This document shows positions 44,640 through 54,580 of a stretch of DNA of 64,000 bases, one piece after another. The stretch covers positions 9,520 through 73,519 of the forward strand of contig DASYUI010000015.1 in NCBI GenBank assembly GCA_036001425.1. Reading direction: 5' to 3'. Numbering within the stretch: position 1 is the first letter of the stretch; every line of letters begins with the position of its first letter. Source of the stretch: Actinomycetota bacterium. Its GTDB lineage: Bacteria > Actinomycetota > UBA4738 > CALAEC01. Under the pieces are notes generated by a model. The model did not search any database, was not told where the DNA came from, and saw nothing but the letters and a program-made list of their open reading frames with translations. The position numbers were made by a program, and so were the translations under genes.

Positions 44640-45805
44640 CACGTCATCACCTCGTCGGAGGCGAACACCGCGACGGCGGCGCTCGTGGTGGGAACGCCCC
44701 GCCACGACTGGGCCACCGCCACGCCGGCGTCCTCCACCTGCCGCTCGCCGGCCTCTTCCCGCAGCTGGAGGACGCATTCCATCGCCTTGGCCAGCCCGTT
44801 GGCCTCGAACAGGTTCCCCTGGCCGAGCGATCCGCCGGACACGTTCACCGGCAGCTCGCCGTCGCGGCCGAAGTACCCTTCCTCGAGCATGGGCCCGGCC
44901 GCTCCGGGACGGGAGAGCCGAAGGGCCTCGATCGACATCAGCTCGCGGTACGAGTACAGGTCGTCCACCTCGGCCAGATCCACGTCACGAGGTGGGGAAG
45001 AGACGCCGGCCAGGTGGTAGGCGCGGTCCGCGGCCGCTCGTACGTAGTCCGCGGCTCCCCACTGCCGGCTCTCCAGGCTCGGGCTTCCCGACGACCACCC
45101 GACCCCAACGATCCACACCGGCAGGTCCGTGAGGTCCCGGGCCCGGTCCTCGTCCGCGAGCACCAACACGATGGCACCGTCGGCCCGTTCCGAGACGTCG
45201 AGACGCTTCAACGGCCACCACAGCGGATCGGATTCAGCCACGTCCTCCGCGGCGACCTCGGTCGGATACGCGGCTCGCGGGTTGTCCAGGGCGTTCCTGC
45301 GATTCTTCTCGACCACGAGTGCGCACTGTTCCTCGGTGCTCCCCGAGGTTTCGAGATAGGACGTCATCTCCAGCCCCGCCACCGCGAGCGGCGACACATC
45401 GAGCGGACGGTTGAGCACCGGGTCCAGCGCGAACTGGTGGATGTGACCCAGCGTGACGATGTCCGACGCTTTGCTGTGGCCTTCGACCACCACGACCCCC
45501 GCCGCTCCGGAACGGATCAACATGACCGCCGTGGCGATCCCATACAGACCATCCCCGGAAACGGTGTGGACGGGCCGCAGTGCCGCTCCCAGTTGGTCGG
45601 GCACGTATTCGTCGAAGATCGAGGTGCCCTCCCAGAAGTCCTCCGAGACCGCGACGAAGGAGTCCACGTCTCGCCGGGGATCGATCCTGGCGTCGTCGTA
45701 GGCCCGAAGCGCAGCCTCGAAGGTCTGCTCCTTGTACGAGAGGCCTGCGGTGATGGGGGCGAATCCAGCGTGCCCCACCCCGACGATGGCGACACGGTCA
45801 CCCAT
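44639..45805 (-). CDS. thiolase-fold protein lacking canonical Cys/His/Cys residues, copy 1
   Basis: 388 aa. MGDRVAIVGVGHAGF.... The nucleophile region reads HTVSGDGLYG (no Cys). GGSLGQGNLFEANG replaces the GHP block. No C-terminal CxG Cys. Confidence 0.85.
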   Translation of the reverse strand: MGDRVAIVGVGHAGFAPITAGLSYKEQTFEAALRAYDDARIDPRRDVDSFVAVSEDFWEGTSIFDEYVPDQLGAALRPVHTVSGDGLYGIATAVMLIRSGAAGVVVVEGHSKASDIVTLGHIHQFALDPVLNRPLDVSPLAVAGLEMTSYLETSGSTEEQCALVVEKNRRNALDNPRAAYPTEVAAEDVAESDPLWWPLKRLDVSERADGAIVLVLADEDRARDLTDLPVWIVGVGWSSGSPSLESRQWGAADYVRAAADRAYHLAGVSSPPRDVDLAEVDDLYSYRELMSIEALRLSRPGAAGPMLEEGYFGRDGELPVNVSGGSLGQGNLFEANGLAKAMECVLQLREEAGERQVEDAGVAVAQSWRGVPTTSAAVAVFASDEVMT

Positions 45806-45810
45806 GTTCC

Positions 45811-45919
45811 CTCTTCCTTATCTGCTTCCTCAGCCCCTCGCCTTCGGCGAGGCGCTTCGGCCAGGGGGAATGCAGCAGCCTGATCCGCTCCGCGGGGCTG
45901 CTGCCCCCCTGGACCCCCT
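45811..45919 (-). repeat. modular intergenic hairpin repeat, copy 5 (A-short C-D)
   Basis: In element orientation: GGGGGTCCAGGGGGG CAGCAGCCCCGCGGAGCGGATCAGGCTGCTGCATTCCCCCTGG CCGAAGCGCCTCGCCGAAGGCGAGGGGCTGAGGAAGCAGATAAGGAAGAGGG, then the ATG at 45805. Module A starts 14 nt after the GNAT TAG (45934-45936; spacer 45920-45933). Confidence 0.85.
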
Positions 45920-45933
45920 GGAGCGGCGGCAGT

Positions 45934-46563
45934 CTAGCAGAGCTCGATCGGGCCCTCGCCGCGAGCGAGCCTCTGGACCAGCTCCCCGAGCGGCGTTCCC
46001 TCGATCTGCTTGGCACGCGCCGTCACGTCCACTTCCACCCGCAGGAGCCTCGGGGAATCGTGGGTCAGCCTGGCCCCGACAGCCTGCGCGACCTCACGCA
46101 TCTGGCGGTTGTCCTCGAGCACGTAGCCGCGCAAGATCTGGATCCCGTTCGGCAGCGCCGCCGCTCCCAGTGCCTCGAGGAGAAGGGTCCCGATTCCCCG
46201 CCCCTGATACTCGTCCACCACCGTGACGGCGGCCTCCGCCACCTCCGGCTCCTCCTCCAGTCGCACGTACCGGGACACCCCCGCACCTGGGTTCCCCGGC
46301 TCGTCGGCCAGCAACGCGACCCAGGCGAAGTGGTTCATGTAGTCCAGCTCGGTGAGGTGTCGGATCATCTCGTCGTCGAGCTCCGCTATCGGAGTCATGA
46401 ACCGGCGATATCGGGACGCGGCCGAAAGCCGCCGGAACCCCTCCACGATGGCCTGCCGGTCTTCCGGAACGAGCGGCCGGAGCCGGACGCGGGTGCCGTC
46501 GCGCACCGGCACGATCGCCGTCCGTCGCGAAACGAACTCGGGATCGACGGCCACCCGGCTCAT
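45934..46563 (-). CDS. GNAT family N-acetyltransferase
   Basis: 209 aa. ...VTVVDEYQGRGIGTLLLEAL... is the Q/RxxGxG/A acetyl-CoA binding motif. Confidence 0.8.
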   Translation of the reverse strand: MSRVAVDPEFVSRRTAIVPVRDGTRVRLRPLVPEDRQAIVEGFRRLSAASRYRRFMTPIAELDDEMIRHLTELDYMNHFAWVALLADEPGNPGAGVSRYVRLEEEPEVAEAAVTVVDEYQGRGIGTLLLEALGAAALPNGIQILRGYVLEDNRQMREVAQAVGARLTHDSPRLLRVEVDVTARAKQIEGTPLGELVQRLARGEGPIELC

Positions 46564-46569
46564 CGCCGA

Positions 46570-47352
46570 CTAGTCCAGATGGGCGATCTCACCGAAGCCA
46601 ACCGTCTTCTTGCCTCCATCCACGTCGAGGACGAGCCCTCCGCGATCGTCCAGGTCCACCGCCTTGCCCACGACCGTCGTGCCGTCGAGGACGGTCGCCC
46701 GGACGCGCCGTCCCAGCGTCGCGCACACGGGCCGGTACCGGCCGACGACGGAGCGGGCGAACCCATCCTGCGCCGGCCGGTAGGTGCCGCGGAAGCCCGA
46801 GAGGAACGCGGCGAGGAGGTCGATCGGTTCGGTAGAGCCACCCTCCATCGCCAGGGACGTAGCCGTCCCCCGGACCTGCTCGGGGAAGTCCTCGAGCCCC
46901 ATGGAGACGTTCACGCCCACACCGAGCACAAGGAACTCGACCCCCTTGCCCTTCAGCGCCGTCTCGGTGAGGATCCCGCCGACCTTGCGCCGCCCCGCGA
47001 TGAGGTCGTTGGGCCACTCGGAGACGACCTCGACGCCCGCCACGTTTCGGCAGGCGGCCGCCATCTCCGATGCGGCCAGCAGGGAGACCACCGCGGCGTC
47101 GTCGGGCGGGAGCATGGGGTGAAGCACCACCGAGAACAGAAGCGACCGGCCCGGCGCGGACATCCACCGCCGGCCCATCCGGCCGCGGCCGGCCGTCTGG
47201 TGGCCGGCGCCAACCAGCGTCCACTCCGGGGCTCCCGCCTCCGCCAGCGCGCGGGCCTCCAGGTTGGTGGATCCCGTCTCCTCGAGGAACATCGGAGGCA
47301 CACGGATCCCGGACGCGCGGACGGCCCGTTCCAGGCCATCCTGACCCAACAC
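46570..47352 (-). CDS. birA: biotin--[acetyl-CoA-carboxylase] ligase (group I, no HTH)
   Basis: Trimmed to GTG at 47352 (260 aa). GHQTAGRGRMGRRW is the BPL GRGRxGRxW signature, followed by ...KWPNDL-like EWPNDLI. Confidence 0.8.
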   Translation of the reverse strand: MLGQDGLERAVRASGIRVPPMFLEETGSTNLEARALAEAGAPEWTLVGAGHQTAGRGRMGRRWMSAPGRSLLFSVVLHPMLPPDDAAVVSLLAASEMAAACRNVAGVEVVSEWPNDLIAGRRKVGGILTETALKGKGVEFLVLGVGVNVSMGLEDFPEQVRGTATSLAMEGGSTEPIDLLAAFLSGFRGTYRPAQDGFARSVVGRYRPVCATLGRRVRATVLDGTTVVGKAVDLDDRGGLVLDVDGGKKTVGFGEIAHLD

Positions 47353-47400
47353 GTTGTCCTTCCGCCGGGGAGGTTCGATTATGCCCCTGGAGGGAGCCGC

Positions 47401-49149
47401 GTGGCGAAGGTCCGGGTGCTGGTGGCGAACAGAGGCGAGATCGCCGTCCGGGTGATCCGGACGTGCCGGGAGCTGGGCATCCCCACCGTCGCCGTGTACT
47501 CGGACGCCGACCGCGACGCTCTCCACGTCGAGTTGGCCGACCGGGCGTACCGGATCGGGCCTCCCCCGCCCACACAGTCGTACCTGAACGTGAAAGCGAT
47601 CCTCGAGGTTGCTGCCAAGGGTAAAGCCACCGCCGTCCATCCAGGGTACGGGTTCCTCGCCGAGAACCCCGACTTCGCCCGGGCCTGTGCCGGTGCCGGG
47701 CTCACATTCATCGGCCCCACGCCGGAGGCCATGGAGATCATGGGGGACAAGGCCGCCGCTCGCCGAACGGCCGAGCGCATCGGCGTCCCGGTCATCCCCG
47801 GGATCTCCGATCCGGTCGGGCCCGAGGAGGCGCTGAAGATCGCCGGTCGCATCGGCTACCCCCTGGCGGTCAAGGCGGCGTTCGGAGGCGGAGGCCGCGG
47901 GATGCAGCTGGTGGAGGGTCCGGATCTGCTGGAAGAGGCCGTCGAGCGGTCGGCGCGCGAGGCGCAGTCGTACTTCGGGCGACCCGAGGTGTACCTCGAG
48001 CGGTACATCACGCGCGCCCACCACGTCGAGGCCCAGATCATCGCGGATAGGCATGGGAACTTCTTGTCCCTCGGCGAGCGGGACTGCACCCTCCAACGGC
48101 GCTATCAGAAGCTCGTCGAGGAGAGCCCCTCCCCCGTGGTCGACGCCGACCTGCGGACGCGCATCGGCGAGGCCGCACTGGCCGTGGCCAAGGAGGCGGG
48201 GTACGTGAACGCGGGGACCGTCGAGTTCCTCGTGGACGACGACCGCTCCTTCTACTTCCTGGAGATGAACACGCGTCTCCAGGTGGAGCACCCGGTCACC
48301 GAGATGGTGGCGGGAGTGGACATGGTCCGGCTCCAGATCGACGTGGCGATGGGCGAGAAGGTGGACCTGGCACCCAGCCTGCGAGGCCACGCCATCGAGT
48401 GCCGGATCAACGCGGAGGACCCGGCACGCGACTTCATCCCGGCACCGGGGCTGATCACTCGGTTCCGTCCCCCCACCGGCCCGTTCGTTCGCGTCGATGC
48501 GGGGATCACCGAGGGACGGGTCATACCGGGTGACTACGACTCGCTGTTCTGCAAGCTCGTCGTGTGGGGAGAGAACCGCGAACAGGCCCGGCGCCGGATG
48601 CTCCGGGCCCTCGACGAGTTCGAAGTCGAAGGCGTCCCCACGACGATCCCCTTCTACCGATGGGTGCTCGACACCCTGACGTTCGTCGAGGCCAGTCACA
48701 CCACCAAGTGGGTAGAGCGCGCGCTGCATGACGGGCAGTTCCCTGCGCCGGCGTTCGGCGAAGCGAAGGCCGCGGCCGAGCCGCTACCGGCGGGAGCCGG
48801 GCCGGCGTCGGCCGCCTCCCGAGTGGTGGTCGAGGTGAACGGGCGGCGAATCCCGGTTCGTGTGTGGGGGGAGGATCTCCCATCCGCCCCAGCCCCTCCC
48901 ACCGGGGACACCCACGGGATCCACGCGCACGGAGCGGATTCTGTGGCGGCCCCCATGCAGGGCACGATCCTCAAGGTCATGGTGGAGGAGGGGCAGGAGA
49001 TCCGGTCCGGTGACGTGATCTGCGTCCTCGAGGCGATGAAGATGGAGAACCACGTGACGGCCACCCACGATGGACGGGTGCAGCAGGTGGCGGTCAAGGC
49101 CGGCGACGTCGTGGAGACGGGCCAGATCCTCGTGACCCTCGGCGATTAG
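47401..49149 (+). CDS. accA: acyl-CoA carboxylase alpha subunit (biotin carboxylase + BCCP)
   Basis: Trimmed to GTG at 47401 (SD GGAGGGA). VLVANRGEIAVRVIRT..., ATP-grasp blocks, and C-terminal biotinylation motif EAMKMEN. Divergent from birA. Confidence 0.9.
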   Translation: MAKVRVLVANRGEIAVRVIRTCRELGIPTVAVYSDADRDALHVELADRAYRIGPPPPTQSYLNVKAILEVAAKGKATAVHPGYGFLAENPDFARACAGAGLTFIGPTPEAMEIMGDKAAARRTAERIGVPVIPGISDPVGPEEALKIAGRIGYPLAVKAAFGGGGRGMQLVEGPDLLEEAVERSAREAQSYFGRPEVYLERYITRAHHVEAQIIADRHGNFLSLGERDCTLQRRYQKLVEESPSPVVDADLRTRIGEAALAVAKEAGYVNAGTVEFLVDDDRSFYFLEMNTRLQVEHPVTEMVAGVDMVRLQIDVAMGEKVDLAPSLRGHAIECRINAEDPARDFIPAPGLITRFRPPTGPFVRVDAGITEGRVIPGDYDSLFCKLVVWGENREQARRRMLRALDEFEVEGVPTTIPFYRWVLDTLTFVEASHTTKWVERALHDGQFPAPAFGEAKAAAEPLPAGAGPASAASRVVVEVNGRRIPVRVWGEDLPSAPAPPTGDTHGIHAHGADSVAAPMQGTILKVMVEEGQEIRSGDVICVLEAMKMENHVTATHDGRVQQVAVKAGDVVETGQILVTLGD

Positions 49150-49318
49150 GGGGTCCAAGGGGGAAGCAGCGGGGCCCCCGCGGATCGCAGCGAGCGGAGC
49201 GAGCGAGATCCGTGGGGTGCCAAGCAGCCCCGCGAGGCGGAGCCGAGCGGATCAGGCTGTTTCATTTCCCCTGGCCGAAGCGCTTGCCGGAGGCGAGGGG
49301 CTGAGGATGGGAAAAGAG
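49150..49318 (+). repeat. modular intergenic hairpin repeat, copy 6 (A-B-C-D)
   Basis: Begins directly after the accA TAG (49147-49149): GGGGGTCCAAGGGGG..CCCCCGCGGATCGCAGCGAGCGGAGCGAGCGAGATCCGTGGGG..AGCAGCCCCGCGAGGCGGAGCCGAGCGGATCAGGCTG..CCCCTGGCCGAAGCGCTTGCCGGAGGCGAGGGGCTGAGGATGGG. Confidence 0.85.
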
Positions 49319-49343
49319 AGCGAGCTGGCCGAGGCGCGCTGGG

Positions 49344-49745
49344 TCAGCGAGATGGAGGCCCCACCGACGGAAGGAACCGGCCGATGAGCGCTCGGCGCTG
49401 GGACACCGCCCGGTACAGCGAACCGGATGCTCCGCGAGCTCGCTCCGACCGGCCCAGGAATCGGCCCGCCCCTCTGAGCGGGGGCAGGAGCTCCAGGAGC
49501 GGGCCGATGGCGTCCGGTCCCGACAGCACCCGCCCGTCGCGGTACAGGTGGAACGCGCCGTACCGCTCCTGCTTGGAGAGCCGGCCGAGGTGGCGGTCGG
49601 CATCGGCCGAGTCGAGGGTGGCCGTCCGCAGGCGCTTCCGCGTGTCGGCTGCGAGGACGAGTCGTACGGTGAGCCGACAGACCTTGCACTCCCCGTCGTA
49701 GAACACGATCGGGCTCTCGGGGGCGCGGCGCCGGAGGGGGCTCAC
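49344..49745 (-). CDS. DCC-family thiol-disulfide oxidoreductase (DUF393)
   Basis: Trimmed to GTG at 49745 (GTGA overlap). IVFYDGECKVCRLTVRLV is the DCC1-like CxxC N-terminus. Confidence 0.7.
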   Translation of the reverse strand: MSPLRRRAPESPIVFYDGECKVCRLTVRLVLAADTRKRLRTATLDSADADRHLGRLSKQERYGAFHLYRDGRVLSGPDAIGPLLELLPPLRGAGRFLGRSERARGASGSLYRAVSQRRALIGRFLPSVGPPSR

Positions 49746-50437
49746 CCCTTCGGGGGGCGGGCCCAGTCGTCGCGACCCACGAGGCGGACACCCGCGTCCC
49801 GGATGCCGTAGCGGCGGTTCACCGAAACCAGGACGGCGGTGAGCGGCTCCAGGATCCGCGCCATGGACAGGGCGCCGCAGTCGACCCACCGGAGGCCCTC
49901 GATCCTGTCCACGAGCCCGCCGATCTCCGCCTTGGCCTCGGTGTCATCGCCGCACAGTAGGACGTCGCCTGCTGGGGTCCGGTCCAGGTCCTGGAGGACC
50001 TCGGCGCTCACCGAATGGAACCCCGATACCAGGCGGGTCTTCTTCGGAAGGAGACCCTTGGCCTGCTCGGCGGCCGAGCCCGCCCAGGGGCGGAGGACCT
50101 GCCAGGCCCGGCCGCCCACGGCGGTCGCCAGCGGCGTGGTGGTGTCGCACACGACCGCCCGCTCGGGGACGTGGTCGGCGATGGACCGGTAGATGTCGGC
50201 CTGGCCGCCGTAGGGGACGGTCACGAACACGACGTCGGCCGCCGCCACCGCCTGCGTGTTCTCGGCCCCGCCCAGGGTGGTGCCCCCTTCGGGGATCAGC
50301 TCGTTTCCCCGGCGGGCCGCTTCCTCTCCCCGCTCCTCCGACCGCGAGCCGATGATCACCTCCTCGCCGGCCCGGGCGAGGTGGAGGGCCAGCCCGAACC
50401 CGAGATCGCCGGTGCCCCCGACGATGGCGATGGTCAC
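49742..50437 (-). CDS. npdG: F420-dependent NADP oxidoreductase (NpdG/Fno-like)
   Basis: 231 aa. MTIAIVGGTGDLGFGLALHLARAGEEVIIGSR... Rossmann start and the overall pattern of NADPH-dependent F420 reductases. Confidence 0.8.
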   Translation of the reverse strand: MTIAIVGGTGDLGFGLALHLARAGEEVIIGSRSEERGEEAARRGNELIPEGGTTLGGAENTQAVAAADVVFVTVPYGGQADIYRSIADHVPERAVVCDTTTPLATAVGGRAWQVLRPWAGSAAEQAKGLLPKKTRLVSGFHSVSAEVLQDLDRTPAGDVLLCGDDTEAKAEIGGLVDRIEGLRWVDCGALSMARILEPLTAVLVSVNRRYGIRDAGVRLVGRDDWARPPKG

Positions 50438-50477
50438 GGGACGACCCGGTCGCCGGCGTGAAAGGAGGAACGAGCGC

Positions 50478-52061
<1,584 letters not shown>

Positions 52062-52131
52062 GACCGCCTAAGCGTACCGCCTCGCGCCGCCGTAAGGATT
52101 CGGTAATCCGCCCCTGCTACGTTGCGCAGCC

Positions 52132-52563
52132 GTGCCTGACGTGGTGCTTCCGGTGCTGAACGAGGCCGCTGCGCTCCCCCGGGTGCTGGGGCGGATGCTG
52201 GAGGGGTACCGGCCTATCGTGGTGGACAACGGCTCCGCCGACGGATCTTCCCGGATCGCAGAGGAGCTTGGCGCGCGGGTGGTTCGGAAGCCGGTCCGCG
52301 GCTTCGGCGCCGCCTGCTACGCGGGGCTCGAGGCGGCCAGCGACGAGGTCGTGCGCTTCATGGACTGCGACGGGTCGCTCCACCCCGGCGACCTCCCCCT
52401 CGTGGCGGGCCCCGTCCTCGCCGCTCAAGCGGACCTGGTCCTCGGGGAGCGGGTGCCCGACCGCGGTGCCTGGCCATATCACGCGCGGTTGGCCAATCGA
52501 CTCCTCGCGCGGGAGGTCCGGCGACGCACGGGAATCCACCTGCGGGACGTGGGACCGATGCGA
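52132..52563 (+). pseudogene. family 2 glycosyltransferase, 5' fragment (similarity ends at ~52563)
   Basis: VVLPVLNEAAALPRVL...IVVDNGSADGS...FMDCDGSLHP...LRDVGPMR is GT2-like. After 52563 the same frame gives low-complexity sequence to 52971. Confidence 0.55.
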
Positions 52564-53524
52564 GAACGACACGGGTACGGCGGTCCTGCTGCGGGCCCTT
52601 CACAGAGCGCGGTTCCGCGGGCGACTGGTCCTGGCGAGCAGCATGGTGGTGTACGGGGAAGGCGCGTACCGCTGCCCCGAGCACGGATCTGTCCGCCCCG
52701 GCCCCCGCGACCCGGCCCGGCTGGCGGCGGGCCTGTTCGACTCTGCCTGTCCGGCCTGCGGTTGGGACCTGGAGCCGGAGCCGGTCGGCGAAGAGGCCCC
52801 CCTCGATCCGCGAAACGTCTACAGCGCGACGAAGACGATGCAGGAGCACCTGTGCCGCGCGTTCGCCCGCGAGCACGGCGTCGGCCTCACGATCCTCCGA
52901 TACCACAACCTGTACGGGTCTCGGATGCCTCGGGATACGCCCTACGCCGGAGTAGCGAGCATCTTCCGTAGCGCCCTGGAGGCGGGCCGGGCCCCGGACG
53001 TCTACGAGGACGGCCGGCAGCTACGCGACTTCGTGCACGTCCGGGACGTGGCCCGGGCGAACGTCCTGGCCCTCATGTCTGAAGACGCCTCCGGCACGTT
53101 CAATGTGGCCAGCGGGCACCCGCGGACGGTCGGGGAGCTGGCTCACACTTTGGCAGATGCCATCCCCGGGGGCCCTCGCCCTCGGGTCACCGGACGCTAC
53201 CGACTGGGCGACGTCCAGCACGTCTTCGCATCTACGGAGCGGATCCGGCGATCGCTCGGATTCACGGCAACGGTCCCTTTCGCCGATGGCGTTGCCGAGC
53301 TCGCTCGGGCGTCCTTGCGCGCCCCGGCGCTACCCCGGGCTCCTGCGAATCGCGCGCCAGAAGCGGCGCGGTGCTCTAGGACCCTTCCTGGACCTGATAG
53401 ATCTCGTCGGCGACCATACCGTGGGCTTCCCTGTGGACGGTCGCCGCGGTCTCCGCGTCTGGAGCCTCGACCAGGCAGAAGATCTTGCCGGCGCTGTCGT
53501 CGACCCAGTACTTCATGTACTTGA
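52562..53524 (+). pseudogene. NAD-dependent epimerase/dehydratase (extended SDR), 3' fragment lacking the Rossmann GxxGxxG start
   Basis: In the +1 frame relative to the GT2 fragment. (E)NDTGTAVLLRAL...RLVLASSMVVYGEG...NVYSATK...ILRYHNLYG...DFVHVRDVA. Recognisable similarity ends ~53326, but the frame stays open to 53524, overlapping the convergent gene. Confidence 0.55.
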
Positions 53525-53630
53525 CGCCGTACTTGTCCTGAGTCTGGACGTCCTTCGCGTGGGCCTGGGCGACGTCGCTCGCCGTGGCTCCCTCGGGCAT
53601 TTGCTGGTGTACGTCCAAGAACAGCGGCAT
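53376..53630 (-). CDS. DUF4242-like small protein
   Basis: Trimmed to ATG at 53630 with a strong SD (GGAGGAGG). MPLFLDVHQQMPEGATASDVAQAHAKDVQTQDKYGVKYMKYWVDDSAGKIFCLVEAPD is typical of DUF4242/SCO4226-like proteins (from memory). Confidence 0.6.
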   Translation of the reverse strand: MPLFLDVHQQMPEGATASDVAQAHAKDVQTQDKYGVKYMKYWVDDSAGKIFCLVEAPDAETAATVHREAHGMVADEIYQVQEGS

Positions 53631-53741
53631 ACGGCCACCTCCTCCGGGGCGTGGAGCCCCGACCCTGCTCCCGGCGGGCACCGCCACGCTAGCACCGTGG
53701 AAGAGCCCGGGGAAGCGGGACCGGGGACCGCCCTCCGGCGC

Positions 53742-53747
53742 TAGACT
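53742..53747 (+). promoter_or_regulatory. candidate -10 box (TAGACT) upstream of sdhC
   Basis: TAGACT 12 nt upstream of the TTG at 53760, in the divergent intergenic region. Pattern only. Confidence 0.25.
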
Positions 53748-53759
53748 GGATGCGATCCC

Positions 53760-54161
53760 TTGAAGCGGACCTCCGAGTTCGGAAGCCTGTACAAGGGTCG
53801 GGAGGGCCAGTGGTCCTGGATCGCCCACCGGGTGACCGGGGTCGGCATCCTGGCCTTTCTCTTCGTTCACATCGTCGACACCGCGCTGGTGGCATGGGGC
53901 CCGAGCGCCTACAACAAGGTCGTCGCGGTCTATCACCATCCGATCATCCAGATGATGGAGCTCGGCCTGGTGGGGGCGGTCATCTACCACGCGCTCAACG
54001 GGATCCGCATCATGATCATCGACTTCTGGCCGAGAGCCTCCCTCTACCAGGCTCGCCTGTTCTGGGGGACGGCAACCCTCTTTGCCGCGGCGATGGTCCC
54101 CGTCACCTGGCTGATGGGGACCCGGATCGTGCAGGCCATCCTGAACGAGGGTCTGTTCTGA
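53760..54161 (+). CDS. sdhC: succinate dehydrogenase cytochrome b subunit
   Basis: 133 aa with three TM helices. [21 protein letters not shown] heme-His context. First gene of the cluster. Confidence 0.8.
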   Translation: MKRTSEFGSLYKGREGQWSWIAHRVTGVGILAFLFVHIVDTALVAWGPSAYNKVVAVYHHPIIQMMELGLVGAVIYHALNGIRIMIIDFWPRASLYQARLFWGTATLFAAAMVPVTWLMGTRIVQAILNEGLF

Positions 54162-54580
54162 TGGCGGTGGAAGCCCGTCGGGCCGCCCCCGAGAGGCACC
54201 CTCCGGGGCCGCGCCCCCGCCCCGCCGGGCTCGAGCTGTGGACATGGTTGTTCATGCGCCTGTCGGGGATCGTTCTCCTCTTCCTGGCGGTCGGGCACGT
54301 CCTGATCATGCACGTGATGGAGGACGGCGTGCAGCGAGTCAACTTCGATTTCGTCGCGGAGCGGTGGTCCGGCGGGTTCTGGCGGACCTGGGACTGGCTT
54401 ATGCTCTCGCTCGCCCTCCTGCACGGCCTGGCGGGCCTGCGGGTCATCATCATGGACTACGTCCGGCGGCCCGGCTGGCGACTCGCGTGGAACTCGTTCT
54501 TCGGGGTCATGGGGGTGACCTTGTTCGCCCTGGGCACGATCATCGTCTTCACCTTCGATCCATCCCAGTTCCGTTTCTGA
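54161..54580 (+). CDS. sdhD: succinate dehydrogenase hydrophobic membrane anchor subunit
   Basis: 139 aa. ATG at 54161 in a TGATG overlap with the sdhC stop. [23 protein letters not shown]... three TM helices. Confidence 0.75.
   Translation: MAVEARRAAPERHPPGPRPRPAGLELWTWLFMRLSGIVLLFLAVGHVLIMHVMEDGVQRVNFDFVAERWSGGFWRTWDWLMLSLALLHGLAGLRVIIMDYVRRPGWRLAWNSFFGVMGVTLFALGTIIVFTFDPSQFRF

Noticed and set aside
53750-54160. ATG at 53750 as the start of a long ORF (53750..54580) covering the sdhC region
   Set aside because: Upstream of 54161 this frame overlaps sdhC out of frame and gives non-membrane, Arg/Gly/Pro-rich sequence. SdhD-like helices start only after the ATG at 54161.
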